DNA of 64,000 nt, taken from Candidatus Cloacimonadales bacterium. GTDB lineage: Bacteria > Cloacimonadota > Cloacimonadia > Cloacimonadales > JAIOQZ01. The notes below the pieces were generated by a model, which searched no databases, had not been told where the DNA came from, and worked only from the letters and a program-made list of their open reading frames with translations. Shown piece by piece: positions 1 to 8,859 of the stretch; position 1 is the first letter of the stretch; every line of letters starts with the position of its first letter. The stretch covers positions 2,464,001-2,528,000 of the forward strand of contig CAXXTU010000002.1 in assembly GCA_963662655.2 (NCBI GenBank), written 5' to 3'. The position numbers were made by a program, and so were the translations under genes.

Positions 1-326
1 GTAATGAGTTTCACATCTACGGCCACCTGCATTCGTTCGGTTCGGAAGACATCGGCAAGAGACTTGGAAGCAATTTCAAGCTGATTCGAAGCGGTATTCA
101 TGGACCGCTCAGCAGAGATTTCAACCCATTGCTTTTATCGATCAAGCATCGCGTCGCCCGGCGCTGGAAAGAACCCGAAGGATTCATCATGTGTCCGTCA
201 TGCAAGAATACCGAATACCCCAATCTGAAAGGTAATCTCTTGTCGAAGCTGATGAATTTCGCGAATCGCATCGCAAGCAAACCCAAGCCTTACTGGCTTT
301 TCCTGCTCTATGAAAAAAAGGGCTAA
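1..326 (+). CDS. 3' part of a gene entering the window; possibly a class I SAM-dependent methyltransferase-like protein with CxxC motif
   Basis: Frame open from position 3 (NEFHIYGHLHSFGSEDIG...MCPSCKN...EKKG*); GHLHSF plus CPxC resembles C-termini of some methyltransferases. Confidence 0.45.
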   Translation, partial: NEFHIYGHLHSFGSEDIGKRLGSNFKLIRSGIHGPLSRDFNPLLLSIKHRVARRWKEPEGFIMCPSCKNTEYPNLKGNLLSKLMNFANRIASKPKPYWLFLLYEKKG

Positions 327-365
327 GCGCCGAAGCGCTCAACCCTTTCAAAACGTCTTCGATCT

Positions 366-2936
366 TTATTGAAGCAACAACGCTTTCTGGATGTCTTGCA
401 CTGCGCAGGCCTTGAAGCGGAAGAGGTAAACTCCGCTTGCGGTTGATTTTCCCGTCGAATCCGTTCCATCCCATTCAACTTGATGACTGCCTGATGGCAT
501 CCGCTTATTCAGCAATGTTCGTATCAACTGGCCCTTCGTGTTAAATACCTGCAATGTGGCTTGCTCGGGCTCTGCCAGATAAAATGAAACCGTTGTTCGC
601 GGGTTGAACGGATTGGGATAGCAGCCCACAATGCCCGTAACCTCCGGCATCATGCCGGTCTGGCTCCCGGAAGGATGTAGCGCTATCGCAACGGTCGCGA
701 CATCTTCCTCCACCGATTCCTCATTCCAGCGAAGTTCATCCAGAACCACGGATGTGTAACCATCGTTTGCGGTAATGCAATCGAATTGCAGCAGCAAGTC
801 AAATTGCTCGATATCGATTGGTTCAATCGAGTATCCGGCCACATGTATTGTGCCATTCGCAACGCTCATGCACATCGCCACGTCGATGTTATCATTGTTG
901 AAATCTATGCCTTGCAGGCTGAGTTTCGTTTCATCGAAAGTATAGGTCCATGAAAAGCCGAGAATGTTCTCAAGATTGCTGAAATGGAACGGCACGAATA
1001 CGTCGGCGTTGCCGTACTGGTTTATATTGTCACCGTAGACATCCCCGCTGCCGTAATAATCTCCCGGGGAAGCGGGTGGGCAAGGCAACTCGTCGAGGTA
1101 TCCCATCAGGTAACGCATGATCAACGCAGCATCCAGCGCGGAGCATGTTCCATCGAGCGTAACATCGCTTACATATTTTTGTACCGCACTCAGATCACAT
1201 TCACCGACAAGGTATTGAAGCAGCATCGTTACATCGGTTCCTTGCACATGCTCGTTCATATCGACGTCACCATATCCGGCGGTGGTGCCGATCATGATAC
1301 TTCCGTTTTGTACTCGTACCGGAACGGCTCCTCCATTGATCATGCAGCTCGAAGCATTCAGCGGAATGCTTCCAATGTCAATCCCTTCATCGATCTCGAT
1401 ACTCATCGTCGCGATAAGCCCCTGACCGGCAAAAGGTGCTTCACCGTCACAATAGATTGAAACGGACTGGGATAAATTGCCCCAGTTACATTGCCATCCG
1501 CCATTGGCCAGGATGCTTCCGTCAAACGACACATCGACAACATTGGCGAAATCAGCGAATCCGTTAATCTGAAGAGAGAGGCTGCGTGCGCCGGCAGAGC
1601 CGGGAAAGCGCCCCGTTATCGGTATCTCGACCGTTTCTCCCGGAGTCGCGAATGCGGAGCCAATTTCGATCATTACGGAATCAGGAGAAAACTCTCCTTC
1701 AAGAGTGTAAACGGTAGCATACGTTTGATTCCCGCCGTTCGTCACGAGAACATCGTCGCATCCATCGCCGTTGATATCGCCTAAATCCTGTCCCATACCC
1801 TCGTGGGCGCAATGATACGCGACATCGACCGAGCAGGCGACGCCGTCGGGAACAAACTGGTTTCCCAGATAGAAGTCCACGGTATCTTCATAATAGCGGC
1901 GGAGCCCTAAATCGTCATATTTATCGTTGTTGATGTTGCAGAAGAAGAAGTAGGAGTATGGCAGCGATGAATCTGTGTTCACGATGGAAAATGTCGAGTA
2001 TTCCATCGCCAGGCTTTCATTTCCCCAGTATACGTATACCGTATTGAGCATGGTATAGACGATGTCGTCGCACCCATCCCCATTCAAATCTCCATTTGCA
2101 GCCAGGCATGACTCGTAGTTGTTCATACCCTCCGGATGAAAGGTCATTTCCGGTTCGTTGTCAAAATCTTCTCCACCGAGATAAATATTGAAGTAAATGG
2201 GAGAATTCGCTTCACCGTGCTGGAAAGCAGCGATCAAATCCACAATTCCGTCCCCGTTCAAGTCGGCGATCGCGTCATATCGACCAAGGCGGGGATAATC
2301 CCCATTCCCTTCGAAGTGAACATCCACGGTTGTATCCAACGGGTCTCCGCCGTAAATGATATCCACTCTTCCCATATAATCAGAGCTGGTATCGTAATCA
2401 CAGCAGATGATATCGTCATAGCCATCGTTGTTGAAGTCCATTCCTCCGTTCCAGGCACGGTATCCCCCCGGGTAGTTGAAGCTGAAAGTCGTGGTGGGCT
2501 CCACAGAGAACTGGTCGCCTTGCAGTGTGACTCTTGTATAAACCGAGTTGCCGCTCCAGCAAGTCACGAGCAGATCGTTTCTGTCGTCTCCATTCAAATC
2601 CCCGTACCAGCTTGGCTGAACGTATGACAATCCGTACGCCCCAAGCGGGTACACCTCATTGGGGATTCCCGTGAAGTTGGGGTCGCCCCAATAGGCGGCG
2701 ATGCAATTCTGGTAGTCGTCATACCGGACGACGCTACGAAGGTAATCGTACAGTCCGTCTCCGCTTATATCGGCGCCACGATCAGGGCGGAAATGTGAAT
2801 TGTAGAAGCTGAACTGTCCTCCGTAATACCCGTCTTCAGGATATACCAATTGAGCCAGAGGCAACAACGTGACTTGAGCGTTTAGTGCGGAACAAACTCC
2901 GATAATCAGAATAAGGACAACAAATCGGGTACCCAT
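366..2936 (-). CDS. Secreted FG-GAP repeat protein with cohesin-like, dockerin and second cohesin-like domains and a C-terminal FlgD-Ig/T9SS-type tail
   Basis: AGGAGG before ATG 2936; signal peptide; GDLNGDG.DD repeats; dockerin pair GDVDMNEHVQGTDVTMLLQYL / SDVTLDGTCSALDAALIMRYL; YPNPFNP tail. Confidence 0.85.
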   Translation of the reverse strand: MGTRFVVLILIIGVCSALNAQVTLLPLAQLVYPEDGYYGGQFSFYNSHFRPDRGADISGDGLYDYLRSVVRYDDYQNCIAAYWGDPNFTGIPNEVYPLGAYGLSYVQPSWYGDLNGDDRNDLLVTCWSGNSVYTRVTLQGDQFSVEPTTTFSFNYPGGYRAWNGGMDFNNDGYDDIICCDYDTSSDYMGRVDIIYGGDPLDTTVDVHFEGNGDYPRLGRYDAIADLNGDGIVDLIAAFQHGEANSPIYFNIYLGGEDFDNEPEMTFHPEGMNNYESCLAANGDLNGDGCDDIVYTMLNTVYVYWGNESLAMEYSTFSIVNTDSSLPYSYFFFCNINNDKYDDLGLRRYYEDTVDFYLGNQFVPDGVACSVDVAYHCAHEGMGQDLGDINGDGCDDVLVTNGGNQTYATVYTLEGEFSPDSVMIEIGSAFATPGETVEIPITGRFPGSAGARSLSLQINGFADFANVVDVSFDGSILANGGWQCNWGNLSQSVSIYCDGEAPFAGQGLIATMSIEIDEGIDIGSIPLNASSCMINGGAVPVRVQNGSIMIGTTAGYGDVDMNEHVQGTDVTMLLQYLVGECDLSAVQKYVSDVTLDGTCSALDAALIMRYLMGYLDELPCPPASPGDYYGSGDVYGDNINQYGNADVFVPFHFSNLENILGFSWTYTFDETKLSLQGIDFNNDNIDVAMCMSVANGTIHVAGYSIEPIDIEQFDLLLQFDCITANDGYTSVVLDELRWNEESVEEDVATVAIALHPSGSQTGMMPEVTGIVGCYPNPFNPRTTVSFYLAEPEQATLQVFNTKGQLIRTLLNKRMPSGSHQVEWDGTDSTGKSTASGVYLFRFKACAVQDIQKALLLQ

Positions 2937-3027
2937 AATTCCTCCTACATTAGGTAGGAACATTGGGATATATTTAATTGTTGTCAATGATTATTTATTC
3001 TTTCCCTATACCGATGTTACTTCTTTC

Positions 3028-3375
3028 CTACCGGGAGCTATTCACCAATTCATCCCAAGTTGCCATCGCACGGCGCAGATGTGGGATTACAATTGATCCG
3101 CCTACGACAAGTGCAATTGAGACAGCCTCATTGTATTCCTCGCTGGAAATACCTGCCTTGTGGCATTGAATCGTGTGGTATTTGATGCAATCATCGCAAC
3201 GAAGAACCATCGAAGCGACCAGGCCCAGAAGCTCCTTTGTCTTCGCAGGAATCGCTCCATCGCGGTAAACTTGAGAATCCAGGCTGAAAAACCTCTTCAG
3301 CTCCTGGCCGCCGTACCGAAGAGTAATCTCGTTCAGACGCTCCCGCTCTTTCTTGAAATCGTCAACGTTGCTCAT
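3028..3375 (-). CDS. Carboxymuconolactone decarboxylase / AhpD-like protein
   Basis: KTKELLGLVASMVLRCDDCIKYH motif (CxxC..H); GGAGG RBS before ATG 3375. Confidence 0.85.
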   Translation of the reverse strand: MSNVDDFKKERERLNEITLRYGGQELKRFFSLDSQVYRDGAIPAKTKELLGLVASMVLRCDDCIKYHTIQCHKAGISSEEYNEAVSIALVVGGSIVIPHLRRAMATWDELVNSSR

Positions 3376-3376
3376 T

Positions 3377-4300
3377 TTATTCCTCCGGAGTATTTTCAGA
3401 TGGTAAATATGGTTCGATGTGCACAACCACATCCGCGATGTTGGGACCTTCCTCTATCAATCGATGCTTCACGGTCGTGGCGATTTCATGACCTTCGTAC
3501 ACGCTCATGTCCGCATCGACTTCAATGTGCAGATCCACATGCAGAAACTGGCCGATCATTCGCGAGCGTATGGCGTGCGCGGTTATCACGCCATCGACGC
3601 CAAGCGCGATATTTACGATCACGTCTTTATCCTTTTTACCAGCTCCAGCATCGGTTAGCTCTTTCAATGCCGGATATGTTATGTCCCAGGACACTTTCAA
3701 GATAAACGCGGATACGAGAATCGCTCCGACATGGTCGAAAACGGCGAGCCTCGGATCTATCACCGCCGCGACAACGGCAATTAAAGCAGGTACAGAGCTT
3801 ATCGCGTCTGATCGGTGGTGCCATGCGTTGGCGATGAGCGCTGGGGATTTGTGCTGCCGCCCCGTTCTTACTGTTACACGATACAATATCTCTTTACTGA
3901 TAATCGAAACTCCCGCACCAATGATTGCGATCCATCCCGGAACATGCTCCTCGGCCGACTGGATATTCATGATCGCCTCGCGTGCAAGGCCAACAGCGAC
4001 TATCGCTAGAACAAACCCGATGAATGCCGTGATAAGCGTCTCGATTCTGCGATGGCCATAGGGATGATCTTCGTCAGGGGGAGCCGTCCAGTATTTAACT
4101 CCTAGCAGTACCGCCAGATCGGTCGTCGTATCCGACAAGCTGTGAACCGCATCGGCGATCACGGCCTGGCTGTGCCCAAAATAACCCGTCACAAACTTGA
4201 GTGCGGAAAGAAGCACGTTCACGACAAGTCCTATCCAGGTTATGCGCTGCGTTACCCGAATACCATTGCTCCGTGGCATCTCATTTCCCTTTGCTTCCAT
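3377..4300 (-). CDS. Cation diffusion facilitator (FieF-like) transporter
   Basis: ADAVHSLSD, HPYGHRRIE, NAWHHRSD, C-terminal VVVHIEP. Confidence 0.92.
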   Translation of the reverse strand: MEAKGNEMPRSNGIRVTQRITWIGLVVNVLLSALKFVTGYFGHSQAVIADAVHSLSDTTTDLAVLLGVKYWTAPPDEDHPYGHRRIETLITAFIGFVLAIVAVGLAREAIMNIQSAEEHVPGWIAIIGAGVSIISKEILYRVTVRTGRQHKSPALIANAWHHRSDAISSVPALIAVVAAVIDPRLAVFDHVGAILVSAFILKVSWDITYPALKELTDAGAGKKDKDVIVNIALGVDGVITAHAIRSRMIGQFLHVDLHIEVDADMSVYEGHEIATTVKHRLIEEGPNIADVVVHIEPYLPSENTPEE

Positions 4301-4391
4301 TTACTACTCCCTGAATTACCAAACCGAAATTATCATGTTGCTCAATCATTGTCTATGGGAAAATTCACCAACCGAAGCTCGAAGCGTGAGA

Positions 4392-4510
4392 AGATTCTTT
4401 CCATCTGCCGCCCCAACGTGGTGTTCCACACCTTTTTTCATTGTTCGATAGTCCTAAGGTGTGGTATATCCACGTTGGGGCGGCAGATCGGAGGAAGATT
4501 CCACGCTGGA
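4392..4510. repeat. Long imperfect hairpin, copy 1 of a dispersed element
   Basis: 19-bp perfect arms 4403-4421/4470-4488; TGTT/TATAT internal loop; 9-bp inner stem 4426-4434/4456-4464; GTTCGATAG in loop. Confidence 0.75.
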
Positions 4511-4674
4511 AAGCCATTACCCTACAACCGGCATCCGCGGTCACATTGGCCCGATCACGCTCCGCTCTCACTCCGGTGTATAACACCACGGCTTCCGAGA
4601 CACTCCAGCCGTGAATGAATACACCCTCGTTCGGATCGAACCAATCTGCTCCACGGAGGTGTCATATTGCAGTA

Positions 4675-4712
4675 AATACACCAAGAGCTCCCGAAGGAGC
4701 TCTTGGTGTATT
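4675..4712 (-). terminator. Terminator-like hairpin after the C10 peptidase gene
   Basis: 17-bp perfect stem with a c(UUCG)g tetraloop on the minus strand. Confidence 0.75.
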
Positions 4713-4726
4713 GTATATTCTTCAGT

Positions 4727-7700
4727 TTACTTTATCAGCACCATTTTTTGCGTCTGTGTGAAGTTTCCGGCCTGCAAGCGATAGAAATATATTCCACTGC
4801 CAACGGCTTTCCCTGAGTTATCGTCGCCATTCCATTGAACGGAGTGATTCCCGCTGTCGAGTTTTTCACGGACAAGCGTTTTCACGAGTTGACCTTTCAA
4901 ATTGAACACGTCAAGCTTCACCTGTACGGTTTGAGCAATCGAGAAGCTGATTCGAGTGGTTGGATTGAAAGGATTGGGGTAATTACCCCTCAGTGAATTC
5001 GTGATCTCCGGAATCTCGTCTGCTGCTCCCCATTCAATATCAACAGAATTGGAAGGCCCTGATTCATGGCCTCCTTCATATACTGCAGTTACATAATACA
5101 CATGAAGTCCATTCGGTATATCCGCGTCTTCATAGTAAGTTTCATCTGCATCGGTACTTCCAATGACAACATAATCGCGATACATGTTATAGCCTGTGAG
5201 TTCAGGTCTATCCCTGTGTAGCGGCGCACTGGGAATGGCAGCCGAGATATGAGGAACACCGTCGTTTTTCCTCGATTCCCTCATACTCTGAACCGCGTCA
5301 CCGTTGATATTGCGTACCGGCGAGCAGATAAAAACATCATCGAGCTTCAACCAGTACATATCCGTCACTTCATTATGAACAAAGGCTATATGCACTGTTT
5401 CACCAGCATAATCCCCCAAATCGAGATAAACCTGATACCAGTCGTTGTCCGTGATGGTTTCTTCGTAAAGAAGATCGGTAAAATTCAAGGGATTCACCCC
5501 GCTTGTCGAGAGCCATACCTCGAAATGCTCACCAACCCATTCTTCATCCTGCGGAGATACATAAAATGCCATAAAAGCATTCTGATATAGATTTACGGCA
5601 GGCGTAATGAGCCAGTTATCAGGCGTAAGCGGGCCAACTTCATTGATAAAGGATGCGGAAGCCATACAGAAGTCACCTGAGTTCGGTGTGAATCCATAAG
5701 GTGCAATTTCCCAGTAGTAAGAATCACCATCAACATCTAACCAATACCAGTCTTCAATAAATTGCGTGTCCTCAAATCCTTCCTCGATAAATTCATATAC
5801 AGGATCATCCACACCTGGAGCGCTCCATTGGAATAAAATGTCATCCCCGTTAACTGCAAAAAAGAGGTTTTCCGGAGCCGGGTAATCGCCTTCAATCTCC
5901 GCGATAACCGAGTTGGAAGGATTGGACTCCTCCGTACTATTGTAAACCGCTGTCACCCAGTAGGTATAAACACCTTCTTCCAGATTCTCGTCCGTCCAGG
6001 TAAGTGTGTTGATATCGGTAATCTCGTGAACCATGTTGCCATCACGATACACCTTGTAGCCCGTCAGGTCCCTTTCGTTTCGCGCAGAACCTTGCGCAAG
6101 CTCTATCCGTTCGCTCTCGCGACCCGAAGTGGCGTAACCGACGATGTTCCAGTTGTAATCGAGGTTTGGATACTCGGTACTGAGCGATGCCCAGCTACCC
6201 ATCTTGATCAGATCACCCTTCCAGGCAACCGCCGGGCCCTGGGAGCATCCAGCCGGATGATCGCCCTGAGTATCGGCTTCGTAACCAATCCAGAGCTCCT
6301 CGCTGGCGTCGATCTGAACCGGATAATCCAGAACCGCCGTATTCCAGGTGTTGACCAGAAGGTTATCCACGTACTGCTCGGTAAGAAGCTCACCCTCATT
6401 GGCGGAGGAACCGCTGACACTACCGCCGGCCCACACTTTCACGGTGTATTCGCAATCCTCGTAACGAGGGTAAAAGGATACTTCCGTAAGGGTCAGGCCA
6501 TTATATCCGGCCAGGTCGTCGGTATCGAATCGGATCGCTACGTCGAACGTCGTTGCCGAGTTCGACCCGATCCCGTTGTAGTTAACGCCGTCATCCCAGC
6601 GTAACTCGGCCGGCTCACCCGTGGGAGCCAGCCAGTTCAAGCGAATATCCTCATCGTTCTCGATCGTCGCGGTGAGGTTCGTTGGCGGATCACCGTCTCC
6701 AGGGCCCTCGGCCGGAACGATGTTTACCAGCGCTTGCTGATTGGATGTGAAGTTGTAGTATCCGGGATTCAGATTATTCAAGTAGAAATAGCCGTTGTAG
6801 CTTCCGCTCCAACCCCAGTTGAAATGGAAATGAGCCGTACCCTCGTATCCATCGAGAACAAAGGCGTGCCCGTATTCGCCGTAACCGGCATAGAATAGCG
6901 GTTTACCGACTTCAAGCTGGTTGATGATCAACGTGTTCCATACGGAATCGGTGTAATCTTCCTTGTACAAGAGCTGTATGGTGTTTTGATATCCGAAGTA
7001 GGTGGCGAACGCGTACTGCGTATCAACGGAGTTCGAGCCTGATCCATCTGGGCCGTAATCCATGTTTGAAGACACGCCGCAGTGGTAAAGCAGTTCCGCG
7101 ATGTCACCATCGTAGGAATAGATCGAATTCGGCATGCTGCCCCAATTGTATGTGGTTTCGCCGAAGTTGGCAGAAATCGTCCCGTAGTCGGGGTGAACAT
7201 AGGAGTGCGCTCCCGTTCCCTGGGCGGGATGCTCCCAGAAGTTCATGATCTGCCCCATCGCTGTGGCGCCACAACCTGCGTAAGCGTGTCCCCCGGGGCC
7301 GTTCGAATCGTTCGGGCAATCGCCATTGAATGGGTAATCCTGATCCCAGTTACTTGTTATCAGGGGACTGACATCGCGCGTAAAGCCAAACGACGCAAAA
7401 TCTCTTGCCAGTATCAGATTCCAGATGGGACGGGTGAGTGTATTGCCCAAGTCACTGCTGCGGACAACCTCGATCTGATTCACGAAATTGTCGTGCATCC
7501 ATCGCACGGCAGGATGATCGTCCGCCGCAGGGGCTGCTGTTTCCATTGAATATCCGAGAATCGGATAGGTGGCGTCGTCCGCCGAGACAATGACAAATCC
7601 ATCCGGCTCGTAGTTGAACACGTAAAAAGCGGGATGTTCTTCGCCAGGAACGGAGAATGTCTCTCCGATAACAGGTTCCGTTTCACCGCTGCGGTTCGAG

Positions 7701-7804
7701 AACCAAATCGTGGAAATACGTTGCGCGTCTTCCTGCGATACGAACTCGCAGAACAAGCTTGAAAAAGCGATGAGCAAAAAAACAATCGGGACCATCTTTC
7801 TCAT
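4727..7804 (-). CDS. Secreted C10 (streptopain/SpeB-like) cysteine peptidase with Spi-type prodomain, FN3-like and cleaved-adhesin domains and FlgD-Ig/T9SS-type tail
   Basis: WDQDYPFN, catalytic AGCGATAMGQIM, GHAFVLDGY, HFNWGWSG; PDNWLITP adhesin motif; NYPNPFNP tail. Confidence 0.92.
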   Translation of the reverse strand: MRKMVPIVFLLIAFSSLFCEFVSQEDAQRISTIWFSNRSGETEPVIGETFSVPGEEHPAFYVFNYEPDGFVIVSADDATYPILGYSMETAAPAADDHPAVRWMHDNFVNQIEVVRSSDLGNTLTRPIWNLILARDFASFGFTRDVSPLITSNWDQDYPFNGDCPNDSNGPGGHAYAGCGATAMGQIMNFWEHPAQGTGAHSYVHPDYGTISANFGETTYNWGSMPNSIYSYDGDIAELLYHCGVSSNMDYGPDGSGSNSVDTQYAFATYFGYQNTIQLLYKEDYTDSVWNTLIINQLEVGKPLFYAGYGEYGHAFVLDGYEGTAHFHFNWGWSGSYNGYFYLNNLNPGYYNFTSNQQALVNIVPAEGPGDGDPPTNLTATIENDEDIRLNWLAPTGEPAELRWDDGVNYNGIGSNSATTFDVAIRFDTDDLAGYNGLTLTEVSFYPRYEDCEYTVKVWAGGSVSGSSANEGELLTEQYVDNLLVNTWNTAVLDYPVQIDASEELWIGYEADTQGDHPAGCSQGPAVAWKGDLIKMGSWASLSTEYPNLDYNWNIVGYATSGRESERIELAQGSARNERDLTGYKVYRDGNMVHEITDINTLTWTDENLEEGVYTYWVTAVYNSTEESNPSNSVIAEIEGDYPAPENLFFAVNGDDILFQWSAPGVDDPVYEFIEEGFEDTQFIEDWYWLDVDGDSYYWEIAPYGFTPNSGDFCMASASFINEVGPLTPDNWLITPAVNLYQNAFMAFYVSPQDEEWVGEHFEVWLSTSGVNPLNFTDLLYEETITDNDWYQVYLDLGDYAGETVHIAFVHNEVTDMYWLKLDDVFICSPVRNINGDAVQSMRESRKNDGVPHISAAIPSAPLHRDRPELTGYNMYRDYVVIGSTDADETYYEDADIPNGLHVYYVTAVYEGGHESGPSNSVDIEWGAADEIPEITNSLRGNYPNPFNPTTRISFSIAQTVQVKLDVFNLKGQLVKTLVREKLDSGNHSVQWNGDDNSGKAVGSGIYFYRLQAGNFTQTQKMVLIK

Positions 7805-7865
7805 AGTAATGTACTCCTTAGTCACAACAAGCAAGCTGTTTTTCTATTAAATTATGTATATTATG

Positions 7866-7895
7866 TTATGATAGCCATTCAGCAACTTTTCGTCA
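7866..7895 (-). promoter_or_regulatory. Putative sigma-70 promoter of the C10 peptidase gene
   Basis: Minus strand TTGACG-N17-TATCAT. Confidence 0.55.
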
Positions 7896-7940
7896 ATGAA
7901 AAACAAGTGGAGGGTCATACGTGCAATTGCGAAAATGGGG

Positions 7941-7966
7941 TGCCCCTCTCGGGGGTGAGAGGGGCA
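7941..7966 (-). terminator. Hairpin after the XRE-S24 repressor gene
   Basis: 10-bp perfect stem TGCCCCTCTC/GAGAGGGGCA; U-tract weak. Confidence 0.5.
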
Positions 7967-8004
7967 TGGCGATACATATACCAGGGTATATTTCAGGTAC
8001 AGTT

Positions 8005-8685
8005 TTAAAATCTGCGAATGATCGTCTTCAATTCTCCGATCAGGTGGATGTCCCGAACATTCTCGGGATTGACCATGATCGTTTCCATCTCCTGATTGAT
8101 CGGAATCAGGAGTATCATGCCGGTATCCGGATTCATCTGCAAACGCTTGAGCGTTATTTCACCCTCCAGGCGCACAGCGACGATTTTTCGGTTTGCGCGA
8201 TCCCAATCGCTCGTCTTGCGAATGAACACAACATCCTCGTGCGCTACGGTCGGATGCATACTTTGCCCGTTAACTCGGAACACGTAGTAATCTTTCGGAG
8301 CGTTGTTTATCAGACTGGACGAGACAAACAGGCTTCCGAGCGGCTCGCTGTTCATGGCTTCAACAGGGTCACCCGCAGCGATTTCCGCCTCGATGAAGAC
8401 CTCGATCAGATCGAGATTCTCCCGCGTATCAGGCTTGGGGAAGTCCGTCACCCTCGAAGCGACCTCCTGGTGAGACTCTCCGGTTGCAAGCCAATCGAAA
8501 TCGACCTCGAAGTACTCGGCAAGCTGCCGGAGAATATTGATGCCGGGCTGGTGCATGCCACGCTCGTAGCGGGAAAGATTCGATTTCGATATCCCCGTGT
8601 CGCGTGCAATTGTGGATATGGTTTTCCCGGATTCCTTTCTCATTTTGCGCAACCGAATGCCTATTGCTACCGTTTCGGTATTCAT
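8005..8685 (-). CDS. XRE-family HTH + S24 peptidase repressor (CI/LexA-like)
   Basis: HTH ISKSNLSRYERG; Ala-Gly cleavage site IAAG; catalytic Ser in VNGQSMHP and Lys in ITLKRL; AAAGGAG RBS. Confidence 0.9.
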   Translation of the reverse strand: MNTETVAIGIRLRKMRKESGKTISTIARDTGISKSNLSRYERGMHQPGINILRQLAEYFEVDFDWLATGESHQEVASRVTDFPKPDTRENLDLIEVFIEAEIAAGDPVEAMNSEPLGSLFVSSSLINNAPKDYYVFRVNGQSMHPTVAHEDVVFIRKTSDWDRANRKIVAVRLEGEITLKRLQMNPDTGMILLIPINQEMETIMVNPENVRDIHLIGELKTIIRRF

Positions 8686-8717
8686 AGAAGCTCCTTTGTG
8701 AGATCATTCGAACCGAG

Positions 8718-8768
8718 AGTTGCATATATGGAATTGCGCGTCAAGCAAAAAGTTGCATTTGTGGAACT
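8718..8768. promoter_or_regulatory. Two candidate operators upstream of the repressor
   Basis: AGTTGCA-TATA-TGGAATT (8718-8735) and AGTTGCA-TTTG-TGGAACT (8751-8768), imperfect palindromes flanking a minus-strand TTGACG. Confidence 0.6.
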
Positions 8769-8859
8769 TTTTATTCCTTGATACCCAACTTGGGTGAATA
8801 TTCAGGAAAAAGAAAAGGTCTGGAACAATCCAGACCTTCGATCGTTGCTCATAAAAACA

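Noticed and set aside
4403..4488. Hairpin as an integron attC site (CCCCAAC...GTTGGGG)
   Set aside because: Ends deviate from RYYYAAC/GTTRRRY, copy 2 lacks AAC/GTT at those positions, and no integrase or cassette array is present.
8005..8685. Prophage
   Set aside because: Only a repressor is present; no structural, replication, lysis or integrase genes in the window.
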